A DNA stretch of 32,311 nucleotides from Macrostomum lignano (Eukaryota), in contig NIVC01004887.1 of the NCBI GenBank assembly GCA_002269645.1, positions 1 through 32,311 on the forward strand. The letters run 5' to 3'. The position numbers and the translations under genes are program-made. Shown in pieces: positions 10,924 to 21,353 of the stretch; the first letter of the stretch is position 1; each line of letters starts with the position of its first letter. Under the pieces are notes generated by a model. It made no database searches. It worked only from the letters and a program-made list of their open reading frames with translations, and had not been told where the DNA came from.

Positions 10924-11459
10924 AGTCGCATTGAACAAGAAAATATGCATCTCACATGCATTTATTATCGAAAAGTTTTGATCGGGCATATCTTTGTTTA
11001 AAGACTTGCTAAAGCATTGGGGAGAGGGCAATGCAGACAGTATCTGACCGAGTATCTATAATATGCGCTGCAGGAAAAAACATTGCGGGCAAACCTCGGC
11101 ATGAAAAATTCGGGGGGTGGCAATTCACTCACGGGAAAAATGCACTGCGGGCAAATCTCAACAGGCAATGTGTCTGCGTTTGATGTTTTGGCCAGAGACA
11201 TTATAGTTAATCATTCAGACGGCTTGCAGCCTGTCGCCAGATTTACAAACTGGTCTATGAAACGAAATTCCATCGCACCTGTACGCTCGTAACTTTTAAT
11301 TGTAGTAGCTGGTACCAATTTAAATGAAGAAAAACCAAATACGATGCAAAAATTATAGCTGTTTAGCCCTAATGTTTCGAAAATAATTTTCGTGGACAAT
11401 TTAATTCAATACAAACAATATGAAACAGAATAATTTTTGGTAATGTATTTCGTTTGGAA

Positions 11460-13713
11460 AACTGTAGCCACCATAAACTGTAGCCACCATAAAATGTAGC
11501 CACCATAAACTGTAGCCACTATAAACTGTAGCCACCATAAACTGTAGCCACCATAAACTGTAGCCACCATAAACTGTAGCCACCATAAACTGTGGCCAAC
11601 ATAAGTTGTAGCCACCATAAACTGTAGCCACCATAAACTGTAGCCACCATAAACTGTAGCCACCATAACTGCAGCCACCATAAGCTGTAGCCACCATAAA
11701 CTGTAGCCACCATAATCTGTGGCCACCATAAGCTGTAGCCACCATAAACTGTAGCCACCATAACTGTAGCCACCATAACTGTAGCCACCATAAGCTGTAG
11801 CCACCATAAACTGTAGCCACCATAAACTGTGGCCACCATAAACTGTAGCCACCATAAACTGTAGCCACCATAAACTGTGGCCAACATAAGTTGTAGCCAC
11901 CATAAACTGTAGCCACCATAAACTGTAGCCACCATAAACTGTAGCCACCATAACTGTAGCCACCATAAGCTGTAGCCACCATAAACTGTAGCCACCATAA
12001 ACTGTGGCCACCATAAGCTGTAGCCACCATAAACTGTAGCCACCATAACTGTAGCCACCATAACTGTAGCCACCATAACTGTAGCCACCATAAACTGTAG
12101 CCACCATAAACTGTAGCCACCATAAACTGTAGCCACCATAAACTGTAGCCACCATAAACTGTAGCCACCATAAACTGTAGCCACCATAAACTGTAGCCAC
12201 CATAAACTGTAGCCACCATAAACTGTAGCCACCATAAACTGTGGCCACCATAAACTGTAGTCACCATAAACTGTAGCCACCATAAACTGTAGCCACCATA
12301 AACTGTAGCCACCATAAACTGTAGCCACCATAAACTGTAGCCACCATAAACTGTAGCCACCATAAACTGTAGCCACCATAACTGTAGCCACCATAACTGT
12401 AGCCACCATAACTGTAGCCACCATAACTGTAGCCACCATAAACTGTGGCCACCATAAACTGTAGCCACCATAAACTGTAGCCACCATAAACTGTAGCCAC
12501 CATAAACTGTAGCCACCATAAACTGTAGCCACCATAAACTGTAGCCACCATAAACTGTGGCCACCATAAACTGTAGCCACCATAAACTGTAGCCACTATA
12601 AACTGTAGCCACCATAAACTGTAGCCACCATAAACTGTAGCCACCATAAACTGTGGCCAACATAAGTTGTAGCCACCATAAACTGTAGCCACCATAAACT
12701 GTAGCCACCATAAACTGTAGCCACCATAAACTGTGGCCACCATAAACTGTAGCCACCATAAACTGTAGCCACCATAAACTGTAGCCACCATAAACTGTAG
12801 CCACCATAAGCTGTAGCCACCATAAACTGTAGCCACCATAAACTGTAGCCACCATAACTGTAGCCACCATAACTGTAGCCACCATAAACTGTAGCCACCA
12901 TAAACTGTAGCCACCATAAACTGTAGCCACCATAAACTGTAGCCACCATAAACTGTAGCCACCATAAACTGTAGCCACCATAAACTGTAGCCACCATAAA
13001 CTGTAGCCACCATAAACTGTAGCCACCATAAACTGTAGTCACCATAAACTGTAGCCACCATAAACTGTAGCCACCATAAACTGTAGCCACCATAAACTGT
13101 AGCCACCATAAACTGTAGCCACCATAAACTGTAGCCACCATAAACTGTAGCCACCATAACTGTAGCCACCATAACTGTAGCCACCATAACTGTAGCCACC
13201 AAAACTGTAGCCACCATAAACTGTGGCCACCATAAACTGTAGCCACCATAAACTGTAGCCACCATAAACTGTAGCCACCATAAACTGTAGCCACCATAAA
13301 CTGTAGCCACCATAAACTGTAGCCACCATAAACTGTGGCCACCATAAACTGTAGCCACCATAAACTGTAGCCACTATAAACTGTAGCCACCATAAACTGT
13401 AGCCACCATAAACTGTAGCCACCATAAACTGTGGCCAACATAAGTTGTAGCCACCATAAACTGTAGCCACCATAAACTGTAGCCACCATAAACTGTAGCC
13501 ACCATAAACTGTGGCCACCATAAACTGTAGCCACCATAAACTGTAGCCACCATAAACTGTGGCCAACATAAGTTGTAGCCACCATAAACTGTAGCCACCA
13601 TAACTGTAGCCACCATAAACTGTAGCCACCATAAACTGTAGTCACCATAAACTGTAGCCACCATAAACTGTAGCCACCATAAACTGTAGCCACCATAAAC
13701 TGTAGCTACCATT
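11460..13713. repeat. 16-bp satellite (AAACTGTAGCCACCAT)n with 15-bp variants, roughly 140 units, in intron 2 of gene A
   Basis: Directly visible. Variant units recur with a ~778-bp period. Confidence 0.98.
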
Positions 13714-13835
13714 AGCCAGTACAGCGTCCTTTCTCTTCAGTCCTCCATGGGCAGATTTCTTACTCGTATTTATGCTCTAGTTTCTGTGCAACATCGGTAG
13801 ACGAAATTGTATTGATCGAAAAAATCTAAACGCAG

Positions 13836-14156
13836 ACACCAACGCCGGCAAGTACGGCTCCATCCAGAAGATGGTGATCAGCGCTAGTGGCTGCTACCGC
13901 ATCGAGATCGCCGGCGCCAGAGGCGGAAACAGCCCTTCAAATCAGGGTGGAAAAGGTGCTCTCTTGGCAGGCACTGTCAGCCTGACAGCCGGCGTCGAGC
14001 TGTCAATTGCAGTCGGACAGGCTGGGATTCAACCCAGATCAAACTGTGGAAAATGCAGCGGCGGCGGCGGTGGAGGCAGTTTCGTTTACGTGACATCAAC
14101 CAATTAGCTGCTGATGGCGGCTGGTGGTGGTGGTGGTGCTGGCTTCAGGCTAGATG
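13836..14156 (+). CDS. Gene A exon 3: start of ALK/LTK-type glycine-rich domain (contains TAG at 14105-14107)
   Basis: cgcag|AC acceptor and G|GTAAGT donor. Motifs: GCYRIEIAGARGG, GGKGA, LSIAVGQAG, GGGGGGSFVY, LLMAAGGGGGA. Same length (321 nt) as gene B exon 3. Confidence 0.85.
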
Positions 14157-14583
14157 GTAAGTACGCCCGTAAGAGTTTATGGAATGAATGTGATACCTAT
14201 TCCATGCTAGTTCCTCTATTTTTCAATTTGCACATTTTTTAACATGCGAGTATTGGAACTGCAAACATTCGTAAAACTCAGAGTAAGTCCAGTCCTTTTA
14301 CAATATCGTTGTAAAGAGGCTGAGAGGAACGCAAAGAGAACGTTTTTGTGCAATTATTCATTTCTAGTTTATATTACTTCTTAGTTAAAACCAATAAAAC
14401 CGATAAATATTTTTGAAGATTTGATTAAATCGTTTTTATGAAAATCAGTCGAGCCATTTTTTTCTGAAATCAATCACGTACTCATACCTACCTGCCTAGA
14501 TAGATAGAGACAACTCATTTTTAGTAGAGTGAAAATACTAAATACTCGTAATTTTTTGCGAATCACTCAACGACTAATTGCAG

Positions 14584-14636
14584 GACATCCAGGCGAGGCT
14601 GGGCGGAATGGTTCTGACTCGACTGGCGAAAGCAAC
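14584..14636 (+). CDS. Gene A exon 4 (GHPGEAGRNGSDSTGESN)
   Basis: ctaattgcag|GA acceptor and AAC|GTAAGG donor. 53 nt, like gene B exon 4 (GRPGQAGRNGSNSYGSSQ). Confidence 0.8.
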
Positions 14637-15360
14637 GTAAGGCTGGATATTCTGGGTAGTGTTTTATTTTCCCTTTCCCTTGAAACTCCCTACTAAATCG
14701 AAGTAGGCTAAAAGAGTTTGCGTACTCTAATTTTATTGATTTTGAATTGAAAGGAGGGTTTTCAGACAATGAATGGCCCACAGTTCTTTTAAGTTTTGTC
14801 TTAGATGCTAAAGTGTGCTTAGGATAGATTATACGACATACATGTATGTTTCCTCTTTGAGGGCATTGCGATTCTAGATGTTGATATGCCAAACGGAAAT
14901 TTTAGTTACTTGACCTCTGCTCTCTCGGCCTTTGTTCTTCATTGTTTGCCCAAATAAGCCACCTTGACGCTCCTCCAGGATTGTGATTACTTCTACCAGT
15001 AGTTTGCGTCTTTATCTGTACACCGAATCGGCGACGTACTGGTAATCTGCTAGCTTCATCAACATCGGTATTTTCAAGGACTGTCCTAGAGTCAGGTTCA
15101 CATGAGCCTGAATACCTGGATACTATCTTTTGAGCAGACTATAAAAGATTCAGTCTAATTCCAAATGCACATAACTATACTGTCGATGTCATCAACAACT
15201 TATTGGTTCAATTTAATAACTGCTTGGATTTCGATTCCACGGTCCCAAGTTCTAGTAAAAAAATGTGTTCCATGTGCCCTCAGAGGCCTGTATGATTATG
15301 AACTTACAAGTTCTGAGGGATTATACATATTTTCTGTTTCTATACATTTACTTTATTCAG

Positions 15361-15813
15361 CATCATCTAAGAGGACTGGGAGGCATCAATGGACAGCCGG
15401 GTAGTAACGATCCTAGTTCTACGCAAGGCAACGTTAATCACGGAGGTTGCGGTACGGGCTGGCTCGGCAGAGCTTCGAAGCCCAGGCGACGCACACTCGA
15501 TGGGGAGCGAGGAGGCAGTCTGGCCGAGGGCTGGGTTGGCGGCAGTGCTGGAGACAACAGCCAAGCTGTCGGTGGCTTCGGCGGTGGAGGTGGTGCTGGC
15601 TATGGACAGTCGACGGATTTTTACGCAGCCGCTGGAGCTGGTGGCGGCTACAGCGGAGGCGGTGCCGGCTGCTATGGCAACCATTGCGGCGGAGGCGGCG
15701 GTTCATTCTGCAGCGGAACCGGTTGTGTGGCCACTACAGGTGGCAACACGGACAGCGAGCATGGCTACGTGGTGATGCGTCTTGTCGATTCGTTTGGAGC
15801 TACGTGTCCCTAA
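15361..15813 (+). CDS. Gene A exon 5: rest of the glycine-rich domain, ending GGNTDSEHGYVVMRLVDSFGATCP*
   Basis: ctttattcag|CAT acceptor. Motifs GGCGTGW, GWVGG, GGFGGGGGA, GAGGGYSGGGAG and GGGGGSFC follow the ALK/LTK GRD motif order. Confidence 0.88.
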   Translation, partial: HHLRGLGGINGQPGSNDPSSTQGNVNHGGCGTGWLGRASKPRRRTLDGERGGSLAEGWVGGSAGDNSQAVGGFGGGGGAGYGQSTDFYAAAGAGGGYSGGGAGCYGNHCGGGGGSFCSGTGCVATTGGNTDSEHGYVVMRLVDSFGATCP

Positions 15814-15988
15814 GTGAGCTTTTCGAGGGTCATTCGCAGAGTTCCGTAAAAACCACAGATACTATAAAAACTTAACGGACTATTCAGAATATCTGCGCAT
15901 AAGCTACTTTTAATGGAGCAGAGTGCTCTGAGTGCAGATTAAAGTGTAGAGTATAGGCTTGATGATGATAGGCAAGCATGCATATATA

Positions 15989-16119
15989 CTCAACAACGTT
16001 GAAAACCGCCATCCTAGAGCGACTGACTTCAACTCGTTAAACTCCAACGACGCATGAAGGTTTCCCAACTCTTGCTTCGGTGTACTGGGTCTGGGGTGGC
16101 GACTTTCAATGTTGCTGAG
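15989..16119. mobile_element. Short MITE-like inverted-repeat element flanked by TA
   Basis: ctcaacaacgttgaaaaccgccatcc versus the reverse complement of the right end, ctcagcaacattgaaagtcgccaccc (21/26 match). TA lies on both sides. Confidence 0.5.
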
Positions 16120-16465
16120 TACATAATATCACATTTAGATTCAGTATGTATAGCTGATGTAATGGGTACTACAAAAACTGTGTGTGATAAAGAAGTTAAA
16201 TTTAACTGTGAGAGTTAAATATGCAATGCTGTACACTTGCGACTCGTATAAATTTCGCTGGAGGCCGATTCAGGGCTCAAAAAATGCTAGCGAAATTAAA
16301 ATTTCTCAGTTTTTAACAAAAACTTCACAATATCTCGCCTTTTGGACTTTCGAAAATTTCAAATGAAGCAAGATGTTGTTCTAGGTGTATTCTGCCAGGA
16401 GAAACTTTTCCCTGGCTTTAATTCTAAACTCCTCCTAATATTTAGCTACATACACTCAGCAACAT

Positions 16466-16659
16466 GTTTCCACCCCGAAACCAGTGTTCAACAAGTCGCA
16501 GCTTCAATTCAACTTCTGTCATAACTCTCCACTCTCTCCTCACCACTTTAAGCTGAGGCTTTATGGCGCAGGGTGCATCACCCCCAATTGAGACGAAAAC
16601 CGCGTTGTGTGGTGTAAATTGCGTCACTTGGGGCTGAAATCTGGTTTCAAGGTGGAAAC
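16466..16659. mobile_element. MITE-like relic with 19-bp inverted repeats (GTTTCCACC..., reminiscent of PIF/Harbinger ends)
   Basis: gtttccaccccgaaaccag (16466-16484) versus ctggtttcaaggtggaaac (16641-16659), 17/19 match. No clear TSD. Confidence 0.5.
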
Positions 16660-17444
16660 TTTAACATTTTTCTGAGTGTACATCAGATGCTTGACACATC
16701 TTTTTTTACAAAAAAATTTTTATTTTAAAATGAGAGCTAGCCTAGACTAAGAACAATGTGTATTTCGTTTTCTGAGTGAATCAATTTCAAAATAGATGGG
16801 TACTACCAATACTATCCTTTTTATTTTTAAACATGATGGTAATTTACTAACGAGCTATTGTTTAGTTTCGTCCTTATTTGTTACTCAAATTATCTCCTTA
16901 CAAAAGTTTTAATCCTTCTGTTTTCTTACAGTAAAAATAACTTTTTTTTCTACCAAACTTAGACACTGTCAAAGAACTGTAGCATGCTTGCTTATTTTAC
17001 ATTCTAATATTCCATAAAATTACTTAATTTAACATTCCTTGCTTTTCCAGTAAGCTTCTATTGAATTCTGATACCTCGTATATTAGCTAATGTAAAGTCG
17101 AATTACTGACTAACTAGCTTCTTGTCCAGTAATTTTCAATGCAAAGTCCCAGTCGAGTAATTTTGTTTGTACTAAACAAGAGTATATACTTCGCCATTTG
17201 CTATGATGCAATAGATTTCTAGTGAAATTTGCGGAAGAAAACGATACTATAAATATACGGTACCTACCGAGACCAGACTACTTAAGTTAGAAACGTAATT
17301 TATTACTCAATTAATTGAGTAAAAATACACCAAAAAGCACCGGCTTGGACTCAATTAACTTCAATAAATAGCCCCTACTTTACTCTTAGTATTTATTTAT
17401 TCATATTATTATTATTTAATTGTTGTCGAATGTTGTAGAATAGG

Positions 17445-17915
17445 GCACGCATGCACAAGCACCTTCACCGCTGGATCATGTGCATGGTCTCTCATCGTAC
17501 TGCCACCTCGCACCTCCTGGGACACTCCCGCTCTCCTACACCGGACAACCCGGTTCAGAATTTCGGCTATGCGGACGATGTTACCGCCACTGTGGCTGGA
17601 CCATCACCTGCGGTCCCCAGGGACCTCCTTCAAGCCTTCATCCACCGTGCCGAGCGGTTCTCTGAGTAAAAAACCGTGGCTATCATGTCCACTAGCCCAG
17701 CCACTGAAACTGGATGATTGAATCGCTCTCCCTCTATCGCAAACCCGTTGTCGTGGAAAACAAATCAGATGTCTGGGCGTAAACCTCGACCACAGGTTGA
17801 CAGGGCCTCACCCCAGTCGCCTCTGGTGGATTTACACTGCCATTGTGAGACCGGCCATCTCCTTCGCCGGCTTCATTTGGAACAGAGCCCTAGAGGTGAA
17901 AAGGGTGAGCAAAAT
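17445..17915 (+). mobile_element. Internally deleted non-LTR retrotransposon RT fragment (R1/LOA-like)
   Basis: Broken frames give LHRWIMCMVSHR, GYADDVTATVAG (RT YADD), KTVAIM, IRCLGVNLDHRLT and LWWIYTAIVRPAISFAGFIW. Confidence 0.8.
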
Positions 17916-18049
17916 GGGCGGCAACGCCTCCTCGCTGCATCTGGATGCACGGAGCCCCCTGCAGCTAAGTCAAGTAAGAGCGGCAGATTTCCGGCAGACG
18001 GCTGGCATACATGTACACCGTAGCAGCCGACAGCTTCTCGTTCGGTGCT

Positions 18050-18540
18050 TCCTGGTGGTTAACATGCAGAAAACTGTCCTGCTGTGCGTGCCAGATGACA
18101 TCGAGGCTGTGATTTTGTGCCGGGGCGCTGATGGACAGGCGACAGAGCTTCCGCGTTGTCAGCAGTTCGTCCATCCCGACGGTCTGGTTCTGGCGGTGAT
18201 GATTTGCGCGTCCGCGACGCCGCGGGCTTGCTTTTCGCTCTGTGAGGGCAGTGCTGCAATCCGCGGCCCTATCTAACCCTATGTTTGAGACAATCCTGCT
18301 GTACAACGCCGAAACCTGGACGCTGACAGAGTCGATCGAGCGACAAATTGACGCGGCGCATGCTGGCCTGCTTCACGATCGCGGCTACGAGCAAGTAACT
18401 AATGCAGCTTTGTATCGCCGCGCCGGCTTTGGTCCATCCAAGCGACCTGTTGCGCCTTCGGCGACTCCAGCTGGCAGGCCACATCATCCGCGCCGAGTCG
18501 AATTGTACTGAGTCGTACTGCCGTACTGAATCGTACTGAG
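18050..18540 (+). mobile_element. RTE-like LINE fragment inserted into K2
   Basis: LVVNMQKT, ATELPRCQQF, DDLRVR, FRSVRAVLQSAALS, FETILLYNAETWTLTESIERQIDAAHAGLL and RRLQLAGHIIRA. Ends in short gtactga repeats. Same family as 3500-3905. Confidence 0.8.
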
Positions 18541-18683
18541 AGTTGAAGAGCGCAAAGTTAGTGAACCCATCGTTCTGGAATCCAGCATTGAACTTCCGCG
18601 CATTAGCACCAGCGAGCCGAACGAGTTCTTTTCCGTATTCTACACAGTTAAGAAAGCCAATTAAAATGCTGAACTTAACAATG

Positions 18684-18796
18684 GTGGGCTGTATAGTAGG
18701 TAACGGAGTGAAATACTGGCCAAACACGAGTGCGCGTTACGCGCTGACTTCGTGCAGCAAGGACCATTGTATTGCTTCATCGCGGTGCCCCTATGT
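18684..18796. mobile_element. 113-bp insertion in K2 flanked by a 6-bp direct repeat (ACAATG)
   Basis: Absent from K1. ACAATG occurs at 18678-18683 and 18797-18802, and removing the insert restores colinearity with K1. Confidence 0.6.
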
Positions 18797-18935
18797 ACAA
18801 TGATGATAAAATAAGGATTTAAAGGTGATGGAAGTGATGATTGAGACACTGAACACTCTTGCTAGCCCAACTGAAACGCCCTGCACCGCAAACTTCTGCA
18901 TCTGCTTAACTACAACCCATCCAGCCAATTCGAGT

Positions 18936-20003
18936 TGAAGTACTTATGGTTTTCTCGGGGTGGCCTGGTAGGTCTTTGAATCCCACCGCTGCCACCAGTG
19001 AAGTACAAGCTATTTGCTTCTCGGATTAGGCCCTTGCGGATTACCTTAAACTCGGCCTCTTCTTCTTGGGAATTTCTCTCAACTCTCAGTAGCGTAGGTA
19101 GTGCTGCCACCAGTTCCTTCAGGTCTCGGCCCTCGATGAGGTGAGCCTCCCGTCGGAACGAAATAAACAAGTCAACGAACTCAGCACAGCGTGCAGATTT
19201 GCAGATTAATGAACAAGGCGTCCTGATCAGCAGATCCCCGCCGGGCTCAGGGGTGGCTGGGAAGGCAGTGTTAGCCTCCCTTAGGCTTGGGCTTTAGTGG
19301 GATCTCAGTCAGACCAGTACAAACGGATTCAGTACGCAAAGGGCACTTAGTTAGACACTGACGCACACGGGATCTTAGTGAATTCTCCGCAGATAAGAAG
19401 CCTTTCCTTGACGGAAACAAGGGAGAGGGGTCCTATTTATAACGGGGAAGCACCCACGCACAAGACCTCGTGACCTCGTTCTATTTTTAGACTGACGTCA
19501 CTTAAGAGTCTCGGGCAGGGTACAAGCGTGCGGAAGACCTCGTGACTCGTTCTATTTTTAGAACTGACGTCACTTGAGGGTCTCCCGGCAGAGTGCACAT
19601 GGCTGTGACTCAGTTGCTATTTTTAGCAACATGAGTCACTCCTCTCCTTAGAGAAGGGAGGGGTCCGAAAGCATGTGACTCTCTCGGTAAACAGGGCCAA
19701 CAAGTGCAGTAAACATGTTTACTGCACTTTAGGACTCAAAGAACAGAGGATCTGTCATGTGACTCGCTCACATGACAGGGGAAACAAAGACCGAGCGAAA
19801 CAGAGACAGCCCACAGCAGAGAAGCTGAGGGCTGAGAAACAAGGGGCAAAACGGGCAAAACGAGGGAAGGGAGCAGCAACAGACAGACAAAAGGAGGGAG
19901 GCGGGAAGCTGACTAGCGGCAGACAGCAACCCAGGGCGAGGGCGAGGGCAAGGGCGACTGCTGACAAAGTGGGACGCCTAACATCAACTAGCGGATCACT
20001 ACA
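18936..20003 (-). mobile_element. 1068-bp LTR-like insertion (solo LTR or truncated LTR element) in K2
   Basis: K1 homology stops at 18935 and resumes at 20004. Ends are TG...CA with near-inverted termini (TGAAGT / ACTACA). There is a minus-strand TATAAATAG near 19434-19442 and an internal ~60-bp duplication (gaagacctcgtgac...gacgtcactt). Only GT is duplicated at the flanks, and no PBS was seen. Confidence 0.6.
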
Positions 20004-20905
20004 GTCTAGAAATCAAATTGAAAACAAAGCTACAGAAACGAAGTATCAGTGCTTAAGTGGTGTCGCAATAACGAGAAAATTATATTTTATAGAACTTTGC
20101 TTTTTATAAATTTGATTGCACACGGTCACTTTGATACAACTGTGCAGCAACAGTTGTACACGCTTAGGATCGTGGTTTGCATATTTTTGCGTCCAAGATA
20201 TAGCAATATTTGCTATTTCACTCGTATTAGTAGTATATTTGATTGTTAAAGGTCTGTAAGCAGGCCCTTTCTGTGAATCAAAATTTTATCCGAGTGGACT
20301 ATTTAGCACTCAGTAAGAATTAACCATTTTTTCTCCAATATGCATTACCTTTATATCTATTTAATCAGCACGTGGAGTGATTCCGGAATCTCGAATCCCT
20401 TTTTTGGACTAAACAATAGAAGACCGAGATAAAAAGCCAAATTTAGCCTCTAGAATGGAAATCATTTTACTGTGGCAAAAAATTTACGTGCTGACACATG
20501 AGAGCAACAATTTTTTACTGTTTTGTCATTTGACTTGAAGGTAAAACAATGGTGAGACGTCAGGGGCTACGTCGACTGCTTCTTAAAACATGCCTCAGTA
20601 AGCCAAGTGGAAAAAGCTATAGGCAAGTGAATGCATGCAAACAAGTGTAATGCTTAGTAAAGACAGGCCAACGACAGGAAGAAAGACTTGAAGAGTGACG
20701 AAGCTTGAGTAAAAAAAACAGAAAGCAGAGAACAGTAAAAAGATAGATAGAATGGGAGAGTAGGACTCTTCATTTCCCTGAAGCAACCAATATTAATTTT
20801 TAATAAATTTCTAAAAGAGTTTTCAAGGCTACCGGTTAAAGTCCTAAGCTAAAGGCATTATGATGGCAGCTACGAGCGTAATTAAGAAAACTGCAATGTT
20901 TTACT

Positions 20906-20976
20906 TGCATGCGGCCCGCACACCCCAAGCCAGTTGTCAATGCGGCCCGCTGCCAGTAGAAGGTTGGGGACCCCTG
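20906..20976. mobile_element. hAT (Charlie-like) terminal fragment in U2
   Basis: Two tgcggcccgc motifs, ending aggttggggacccctg (reverse complement CAGGGGTCCCCAACCT, a typical Charlie-type TIR). Absent from U1. Confidence 0.6.
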
Positions 20977-21223
20977 TTCTGAGCCATTCCACTGCCAATT
21001 AAAATTACTGCCAGTCAGAAGTCTTTTCAAGCAGAGAGTTTTGAGAAGCTGGCAACCCATCCCAATGCTTAAGCCTACATTCATGGAAAAATTACAGCCG
21101 CATCATGTAACTATTGTGAGGCGAGGCGTCTCCACACTGCCAGAAAACCTTGCTGAGGATTGGGCCAGGTAAGGAGGGCGGCCGGCACCTCACAAGGAAA
21201 ACAAAGGGAGACAATGGCGAGTG

Positions 21224-21237
21224 GCTGCCCTAGCAAC
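21224..21237 (+). promoter_or_regulatory. X-box-like (RFX) motif GCTGCCCTAGCAAC upstream of gene B
   Basis: One mismatch from GTNRCC-N2-RGYAAC, about 117 nt upstream of the ATG. Conserved in gene A. Confidence 0.35.
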
Positions 21238-21353
21238 CAGCAAAATGTTTTACACCCAGCAGAATTTCTTCAAAAATGAAAAGTAGAAGGTAACTTTAGG
21301 CATCCTACTAAAAGCCCGGAAAGATCTTTGCAAGATCGCGTTAAAAAATTCTA

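Larger units (their letters stand above)
9356..15813 (+). pseudogene. Gene A: secreted PAN/Apple + ALK/LTK-type glycine-rich domain protein, join(9356..9425,9885..10193,13836..14156,14584..14636,15361..15813), with one in-frame TAG at 14105-14107
   Basis: Five exons with GT-AG boundaries and phases 1,1,1,0 total 1206 nt (401 codons + stop). Structure and exon 1/3/4 lengths (70, 321, 53) match gene B. It may be a nonsense allele or a base-call error rather than a true pseudogene. Confidence 0.8.
17930..20075 (+). pseudogene. K2: disrupted copy of kinase K1
   Basis: Segments 17930-18047 (WM(A)PE and YTVAADSFSFG region), 18545-18683, 18797-18935 and 20004-20075 match K1 nt ~6450-6540, ~6865-7010, ~7010-7130 and ~7133-7205, with frameshifts and stops. 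Three insertions interrupt it. Confidence 0.9.
20105..21353 (+). repeat. Conserved upstream block U2 (5' flank of gene B)
   Basis: Colinear with U1 and U3. Confidence 0.85.

Noticed and set aside
11401-13712. Long minus-strand ORFs (up to 542 aa) of MVATVYGGYSLWWLQF repeats
   Set aside because: Artefact: the 16-bp monomer has no stop on the minus strand in any frame, so all frames stay open. It is a satellite inside an intron.
11460-13713. CRISPR-like array
   Set aside because: Head-to-tail monomers with no unique spacers, no cas genes, and a eukaryotic context.
15367-15875. Alternative-frame and antisense ORFs over the Gly-rich exons (also 24047-24283 and 30889-31384)
   Set aside because: Shadows of GC-rich GGC/GGT codon runs in the real exon.
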